Below, piece after piece: positions 59,230 to 64,000 of a stretch of 64,000 nt of DNA. Positions within the stretch are counted from its first letter, which is position 1. Every line of letters begins with the position of its first letter. Source of the DNA: an uncultured Gammaproteobacteria bacterium (GTDB taxonomy: Bacteria > Patescibacteriota > Patescibacteriia > UBA9934 > CAZDDW01); NCBI GenBank assembly GCA_964504365.1, contig CAZDDW010000003.1, positions 8,031-72,030 on the forward strand, read 5' to 3'. The notes beneath the pieces are model-generated. The model was given only the letters and a program-made list of their open reading frames with translations. It did no database searches and was not told the origin of the DNA. The translations under genes and the position numbers were made by a program.

Positions 59230-59258
59230 TTGACATTTATCAAGAAATATAGTATATT
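59230..59258 (+). promoter_or_regulatory. sigma70 promoter upstream of tRNA-Lys (TTGACA, 17 nt, TATATT)
   Basis: TTGACA tttatcaagaaatatag TATATT lies about 15 nt before the tRNA 5' end. Confidence 0.5.
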
Positions 59259-59273
59259 TGCGACCACAAGTAT

Positions 59274-59350
59274 GCCCCGTTAGCTCAGCCCGGTAGAGCA
59301 GTTGGCTCTTAACCAAACGGTCGCAGGTTCGAGTCCTGCACGGGGCACCA
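59274..59350 (+). tRNA. tRNA-Lys (anticodon CUU), CCA encoded
   Basis: Hand-folded cloverleaf: acceptor GCCCCGT/ACGGGGC, D arm GCTC/GAGC, anticodon loop CTCTTAA, T arm GCAGG-TTCGAGT-CCTGC, discriminator A, then CCA. Confidence 0.8.
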
Positions 59351-59473
59351 GCCGTCGCTTCATCAGATCATTTATTGATGGCGCGACGGCTGCCCTTCGA
59401 AGCCTCGGCGAAGAAGGGCCGTGAATAAGATTGTGATGAAGCTATGGCTGGCAGGCCATGCTAATCACAGTAT

Positions 59474-59550
59474 GCAGGCGTAGCTCAGTTGGATAGAGCG
59501 TCTGGCTTCGGACCAGAAGGTCGGGGGTTCGAGCCCTCCCGCCTGTACCA
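59474..59550 (+). tRNA. tRNA-Arg (anticodon UCG), CCA encoded
   Basis: Acceptor GCAGGCG/CGCCTGT (G1-U72 wobble), anticodon stem TCTGG/CCAGA with loop CTTCGGA, T arm GGGGG-TTCGAGC-CCTCC. Confidence 0.8.
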
Positions 59551-59552
59551 AA

Positions 59553-59580
59553 AAACCACCGAATTACCGGTGGTTTTTTG
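59553..59580 (+). terminator. terminator after the tRNA pair
   Basis: ccaccg-aatta-ccggtgg hairpin followed by six T's. Confidence 0.6.
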
Positions 59581-59651
59581 TTTGTGTATTTGTATAAATT
59601 TAAAAAAACTGATAAAACTACTTCAGCACCTTCAGCATCAAAGGGGACGTG

Positions 59652-60263
59652 ATGGGCGAACTGACCAGAGACGAAGTCATTAACTGTTTTCGTGATTACT
59701 ATCAAGGTACTGTATACGCCTCAACAACAAACCAGATTGCCGCACGGGCAATGCAGAATGACTATTCCGGCAACACTCTTTACGAAAAAATTCTCAGTTG
59801 GCTTTCTCAATCTGATCAGGATCGTTCAATTTCATTGATCGAACTGACTATTGCCCATGACGTTCATACTCAACTTCTGGAAGACGATGACAAAGTCCAG
59901 GCTGAAAGGCTTGAAAGACTACTCCGTATTCGAGCAGGACTGATCGGAAATAGAACGGTAATAAACCCCACAGAGATCATTCTGGCCACTGAGCAAATCT
60001 CCCAGGCTTTAGATGACCTTCGACGAGAACAACGAATCGAAAGCTTTTTCAAAAAGCTGGATCAGTTGAAACAGATCTTGGGAACAGACGACCCAGAGAA
60101 GCTCGCGCAAGCCTGCCACTTACCAGCCGAGGTCGTCAAGACGGTCATCCTCCGACACGCCGAGGACCCGAATTATTGCCCTCACTACTTCATACTGACC
60201 ATGCTTTTCACAGCTGTCCGAACCGGTCTCAGAGAACCAGTAGCTAGTGTCCAAGAGACCTAA
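59652..60263 (+). CDS. hypothetical protein
   Basis: 203 aa, helical and acidic; hairpin terminator cccacatc-acgacg-atgtgggg plus T-run at 60266..60295. Confidence 0.45.
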   Translation: MGELTRDEVINCFRDYYQGTVYASTTNQIAARAMQNDYSGNTLYEKILSWLSQSDQDRSISLIELTIAHDVHTQLLEDDDKVQAERLERLLRIRAGLIGNRTVINPTEIILATEQISQALDDLRREQRIESFFKKLDQLKQILGTDDPEKLAQACHLPAEVVKTVILRHAEDPNYCPHYFILTMLFTAVRTGLREPVASVQET

Positions 60264-60271
60264 AACCCACA

Positions 60272-60829
60272 TCACGACGATGTGGGGTTTTTCTTTTTAG
60301 ACTGAGAATAAACACAACCACAATATTCTTGGCGGTATACCCCTAAGTCGCGAGCGCGGATCTGAGATAAATCTTCGCCACCGGCTTTTTTGAAATCTCG
60401 ATCTAAGAATTCGATCCCTGTCTCTTCGGCGATGCGCTGGCCGATCGGATTCACGTCGCTGGCCTTTTTGCGTCTTCCAACCGTAAGTGTGGTTGCAAAA
60501 CAATCAAATCCATGGTCACGCGCGTATTCGGCTGTTGCTCGCAAGCGATGCTTGAAGCAAAGATGACAGCGTGTGCCTCCTTCCTGATCTGACGCGTGAC
60601 CTTGCATTGATTCAAACCAAGCCCTTGGATCATACTCGCCTTCGATCAATTCCAGACCCAACTCTTTAGCCATTAATCGAGCTCCGGCAAGGCGCTTTTG
60701 ATATTCCTCTTCTGGATGAATATTTGGATTAAAATAAAACAAAGTCACTTCGTGATCGTGACTAAGTTTCTTCGGGACCCAAGCGCCACAGGTTCCGCAA
60801 CAAACATGGAGGAGTAATTTCTTTACCAT
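60272..60829 (-). CDS. queH: epoxyqueuosine reductase QueH (DUF208 family)
   Basis: LLLHVCCGTCGA plus the conserved Cys pattern (CHLCF, CGC). Confidence 0.65.
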   Translation of the reverse strand: MVKKLLLHVCCGTCGAWVPKKLSHDHEVTLFYFNPNIHPEEEYQKRLAGARLMAKELGLELIEGEYDPRAWFESMQGHASDQEGGTRCHLCFKHRLRATAEYARDHGFDCFATTLTVGRRKKASDVNPIGQRIAEETGIEFLDRDFKKAGGEDLSQIRARDLGVYRQEYCGCVYSQSKKKNPTSS

Positions 60830-61521
60830 CCCTTCTTTTCCAAAGCTGCGGCTGCTGCTGCCACTTGTCCTTCGTGTTTACTGGTTCCTTCCCCTTCAGC
60901 AATCAATTCTTTATTCAAATAAACTCCAACAACAAACTTCTTATTGTGATCTGGGCCTGATTCTTCCAGAACTTTATACGACGGGGTAACGCTAAATCGA
61001 TCCTGAGATGCTTCCTGAAAACGGCTCTTTGGATCAATGTATAACTTCTGCTCCAAAATTCGAGGCAGTTCAGCCAGGTTTGTTCGAGTAATAAATTCTT
61101 TTGACACATCCCAACCTTGATCCTCATAGATTGCTCCGATGATTGCTTCAAAAGCGTTAGCCAAAATGTATCGTCTTGCCTTAGAATCCGTATCCTTGGA
61201 CTCACCCTTAGACAAATACAGATAGTCATCAACATCCAACTTGATACACATATCAGCGTTCATCTCAGCATTTACCAAAGCTGCACGCCAGTTAGTTAGC
61301 TCTCCTTCGGGATTATCAAAATTGTCATACAAGTGCTCTGTAACAACCAACTCAAGCACAGCATCTCCCAAAAACTCTAAACGTTCATTATGCCCCAAAT
61401 GAAAACTTGGGTGTTCATTAATATAACTGCGATGAACAAGCGCTTGGCGCAAATTATCAATTTTTTGAAACTTCACGCCGAGCGTTTCTTCTAGTTTAGA
61501 CAAATCTTTTTCTTCAGACAT
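60823..61521 (-). CDS. rnc: ribonuclease III
   Basis: HRSYINEH...NERLEFLGDAVLELVV signature plus a C-terminal dsRBD; start at MSEEKDL. Confidence 0.85.
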   Translation of the reverse strand: MSEEKDLSKLEETLGVKFQKIDNLRQALVHRSYINEHPSFHLGHNERLEFLGDAVLELVVTEHLYDNFDNPEGELTNWRAALVNAEMNADMCIKLDVDDYLYLSKGESKDTDSKARRYILANAFEAIIGAIYEDQGWDVSKEFITRTNLAELPRILEQKLYIDPKSRFQEASQDRFSVTPSYKVLEESGPDHNKKFVVGVYLNKELIAEGEGTSKHEGQVAAAAAALEKKGW

Positions 61522-61529
61522 AATCGTAG

Positions 61530-61641
61530 AATGACCAATGATCAATAACCAATTACCGAGATAATGATCAATAATCGAATTTTCGAACATTAGATCATTT
61601 GGTCATTATCTTGATCATTGTTATTTGGTTATTGGTTATTC
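61530..61641. repeat. ~110-bp AT-rich repeat copy B
   Basis: Matches 47849..47958; lies between the nusB stop and the rnc start. Confidence 0.7.
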
Positions 61642-62153
61642 TTCTCTTCCTCCTTGACCTCCGGTTTCTTTTCTTCTTTATTTTCTTTATCCTTATCTTT
61701 CTTTGGTGGCTCTTTATCAACTGCCTTTTCTTCTCCATGAGCGATCATGTGTTTATAAATAGCACCAAGTACACCGTTAACAAATCGACCAGATGCTTCA
61801 CCACCAAAACCTTTAGCCAACTCAATCGCTTCATTAATCGCCACCTTAGAAGGTACTTTCTCAGAAAACTTTAACTCGTAAGTTCCTAAACGCAACACAT
61901 TGCGATCTACTATAGTTATAGTATCCAAAGGCCAGTCAGGGGCAAAGTGAGTAATCAACTCATCAATATCTTTCTGATTTTTTAAAACTCCCTCAACAAG
62001 CTCAGAAATAAAACCACCGTCATCAAACTGCGGTGCGAATTCTTGTTTACTGTACTCCATCAAATCTGGAATACTATCTTTTGATTGTCCGGCAAAGTCC
62101 CATTGATACAATGTTTGCAAAGCAATGGTTCGAGCCAAGTGTCGATTAGACAT
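61629..62153 (-). CDS. nusB: transcription antitermination factor NusB with a lysine-rich C-terminal tail
   Basis: MSNRHLARTIALQTLYQWDF, with a KDKDKENKEEKK tail. Confidence 0.8.
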   Translation of the reverse strand: MSNRHLARTIALQTLYQWDFAGQSKDSIPDLMEYSKQEFAPQFDDGGFISELVEGVLKNQKDIDELITHFAPDWPLDTITIVDRNVLRLGTYELKFSEKVPSKVAINEAIELAKGFGGEASGRFVNGVLGAIYKHMIAHGEEKAVDKEPPKKDKDKENKEEKKPEVKEEEKNNQ

Positions 62154-62194
62154 AAATAAGGTCCTTAAGAACGAATGAACTTATCTTGATTCTA

Positions 62195-62222
62195 TCATAA
62201 AATAATAAACCAAAAAAGAGGC
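62195..62222. terminator. bidirectional hairpin terminator
   Basis: aagaggc-ttag-gcctctt flanked by A's and T's. Confidence 0.5.
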
Positions 62223-62510
62223 TTAGGCCTCTTTTTTATCTTCTTTTTTCTTTTCAGTTTTAGGCTTGGCTTCAGCTGGCTCAGACTTAGCCTCGGCTGC
62301 GGCCTGAGTTTTGCGCAAAGCACGCTCACTCTGACGAGCAGTGCTCAAAACCTGCTTGTCACCATAGTGACCACAGAATCCACAAGCTCGATGCGGCTGA
62401 ACTGCCTTTTTACATTTTGAACACACAGACAAAACCACTTTTTTTAACGCGTGATGAGCACGACGTCGGCGAGTTTTTCCATGAGTTTGTCGTCTAACTG
62501 GTACTGACAT
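62223..62510 (-). CDS. rpmF: 50S ribosomal protein L32 with a C-terminal extension
   Basis: MSVPVRRQTHGKTRRRRAHHAL ... CSKC...CGFCGHY. Confidence 0.85.
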   Translation of the reverse strand: MSVPVRRQTHGKTRRRRAHHALKKVVLSVCSKCKKAVQPHRACGFCGHYGDKQVLSTARQSERALRKTQAAAEAKSEPAEAKPKTEKKKEDKKEA

Positions 62511-62570
62511 ATCTAAAATTCAAATTTAATCGTGGCCGAATAATATCAGATAAGGCTAAATCTGTCAATC

Positions 62571-64000
62571 CTACACCAATGTCACAGAGGCAACCCTATC
62601 CTTTTCTTTCTTAAAGCTCATTACTCGGACACCTTGCGTAGCTCGTCCAAGAACTGAAACAGAACTCAACGAGGTTCGGATCACTTGCCCACCATCTGAC
62701 ATTACTAGCAAGTCTCGCTCGTCCTTTCCTTTAACCACCCGACCAGCAACAATATCCCCGGTCTTAGCTGTTACATTAGCTGTCTTGATTCCAGAACCTC
62801 CACGCCCCTGAACCTTGTACTCGGTCAAATCAGTGCGCTTCCCGTATCCATGACGCATAATGACCATTAGCTGATAATCTCCTTTCTTAATCTTGGCCGG
62901 AATCACATCCATCCCAACAACGATATCATCACCCTTCAACTTGATCGCGCGTACACCAGCCGCAGTTCGTCCCATTGGCCGAATATCTGATTCTTTAAAA
63001 TGAATTGCTTGTCCGTTGCGTGTAGCCAAAGCAACATTATCTTTTCCGGTTGAAGCACGTACGGCCCATAGACTATCGCCGTCCTTCAATTTCAGCGCAA
63101 TCAAACCAGATCGTCGAACTGTATCAAATTCTTTCAACTCGGTTTTCTTGATCGTGCCTTTGATAGTAACCATGGTCAGATACTTGTGGTCGTCGATATC
63201 TTCGTACGAGAACGTTGCCTCAACAACCTCACCTGGGGCCAGCTGCAAAAAGTTAACTAAAGCCTGCCCTTTTGCAGTTCGTGTTGATTCAGGGACTTCG
63301 TAAGCTTTCAATTTAAATACGCGTCCGCGGTTGGTGAAGAATAACAAATCTTTATGAGTTGAAGTTGAGAACACGCGTGTGATCACATCCTCTTCCTTGG
63401 CAGTTAAACCAGAAACACCTTTTCCACCTCGTCCTTGTTGTTTGAAAGCGTCTGGTGGAATGCGTTTGATGTAACCATCACGGGTAATCATGACCACAGT
63501 CGGCGTATCTGGAATCACATCTTCCATGCGGAAATCCTTAACTCCATGGGCGACCACCTGGGTACGCCGTTCATCAGCAAACTTTTCTCTAACCTCTTGG
63601 ACACCGTCTTTAATCAAACCAAGAATCTTTTTCTTAGATTTCAAAATCGACTCTAATTCTTTAATCAACTTTTGCTTTTCCTTATACTCTTGTTCAACTT
63701 TCAAACGCTCCAAGTTAGCCAACTGCTGCAGCTTCATCTCCAAAATAGCCACAGACTGTCGCTCAGTCAACTTGAACTTCTTCATCAAATTCTTACGCGC
63801 TTCATCCTTGTCTTTTGATTTCTTAATCGTAGCAATAATTTTATCGATCTTCATGATCGCAATACGCAAGCCCTCTAAAATATGCGCCCGCTCCTTGGCA
63901 CGATCAAGATCAAACTGGGTTCGACGACGAATCACTTCTTGACGATGAGCAACATACTCTTCCAAAATCGTCTTTAAGTTCAGTAGTCGTGGCTGAATTC
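62571..64000 (-). CDS. gyrA: DNA gyrase subunit A, C-terminal portion; the 5' part lies beyond the window
   Basis: GyrA box QGRGGKGV and beta-pinwheel repeats; the ORF continues past position 64000. Confidence 0.8.
   Translation of the reverse strand, partial: IQPRLLNLKTILEEYVAHRQEVIRRRTQFDLDRAKERAHILEGLRIAIMKIDKIIATIKKSKDKDEARKNLMKKFKLTERQSVAILEMKLQQLANLERLKVEQEYKEKQKLIKELESILKSKKKILGLIKDGVQEVREKFADERRTQVVAHGVKDFRMEDVIPDTPTVVMITRDGYIKRIPPDAFKQQGRGGKGVSGLTAKEEDVITRVFSTSTHKDLLFFTNRGRVFKLKAYEVPESTRTAKGQALVNFLQLAPGEVVEATFSYEDIDDHKYLTMVTIKGTIKKTELKEFDTVRRSGLIALKLKDGDSLWAVRASTGKDNVALATRNGQAIHFKESDIRPMGRTAAGVRAIKLKGDDIVVGMDVIPAKIKKGDYQLMVIMRHGYGKRTDLTEYKVQGRGGSGIKTANVTAKTGDIVAGRVVKGKDERDLLVMSDGGQVIRTSLSSVSVLGRATQGVRVMSFKKEKDRVASVTLV

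Noticed and set aside
59360-59470. A possible third tRNA between tRNA-Lys and tRNA-Arg
   Set aside because: The GC-rich hairpins there (gccgtcgc...gcgacggc; cccttc...gaaggg) do not fold into a cloverleaf with acceptor and T-arm. They are interpreted as spacer hairpins including the CGAAGC..GCGAAG loop motif.
60823-61590. Long N-terminal extension of rnc (start at 61590) and similar extended starts for rplR, rplN, rplC, rpsJ, rplW, adk, ugd and comEC
   Set aside because: The extensions overlap upstream genes or repeats and precede the conserved family N-termini. Internal Met starts matching the family consensus were used instead.
1-64000. CRISPR arrays, integrases, transposases, phage structural genes
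   Set aside because: None detected. The tandem octamers at 43318 lack spacers, and no recombinase-like ORF was seen. The MITE-like elements carry no transposase.

Overview
This reads as a 64 kb stretch of a moderately low-GC bacterial chromosome with a candidate-phyla-radiation (Patescibacteria, possibly Saccharibacteria) flavour. Ribosomal protein L30 is missing between S5 and L15; S5, L22, L23, L32 and NusB carry lysine-rich tails; Shine-Dalgarno sites are weak; ComEC is present; ProRS and AspRS are the short forms. Almost all genes are on the minus strand. The conserved backbone runs: partial D,D-carboxypeptidase, ScpB/ScpA, AspRS, AsnRS, RecO, RuvX, Map, Adk, SecY, then a 23-gene ribosomal protein block (L15 through S10) followed by tuf, fusA, rpsG and rpsL. 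After that come an M50 peptidase, L28, MurA, Ndk, ComEC, Ugd, an MFS transporter, LeuS, a rhodanese-like protein, Gdh, TrxB/TrxA, IF-2, TruB, RNase Y with YmdB, HU, ProRS, two tRNAs (Lys-CUU, Arg-UCG), QueH, RNase III, NusB, L32 and partial GyrA.
Overlaid on this backbone are at least nine strongly GC-enriched blocks (about 5.8, 21.7-24.0, 30.2-31.0, 32.1-34.4, 43.6-44.9, 50.0-50.4, 51.2-51.6 and 57.0-59.2 kb). Most carry a single hypothetical gene with its own promoter, ribosome-binding site and terminator. One block (21.7-24.0 kb) splits the str operon between fusA and tuf and carries two membrane-anchored coiled-coil proteins.
Other points of interest: a Nudix hydrolase domain inserted into LeuS; two copies of a ~200-bp element with GGCCGGCCAC terminal inverted repeats (MITE-like); two copies of a ~110-bp repeat sitting upstream of trxA and of rnc; a recurring hairpin loop motif CGAAGCTTTAGCGAAGG; an ATP-grasp plus GATase1 cassette; small membrane-protein modules with duplicated terminator regions; and a ~400-nt GC-rich non-coding block upstream of infB that looks like a structured RNA. 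I ran no homology searches: protein calls rest on motifs read directly from the six-frame translations, repeats and promoters on the DNA sequence, and RNA folds and GC enrichment were judged by eye.
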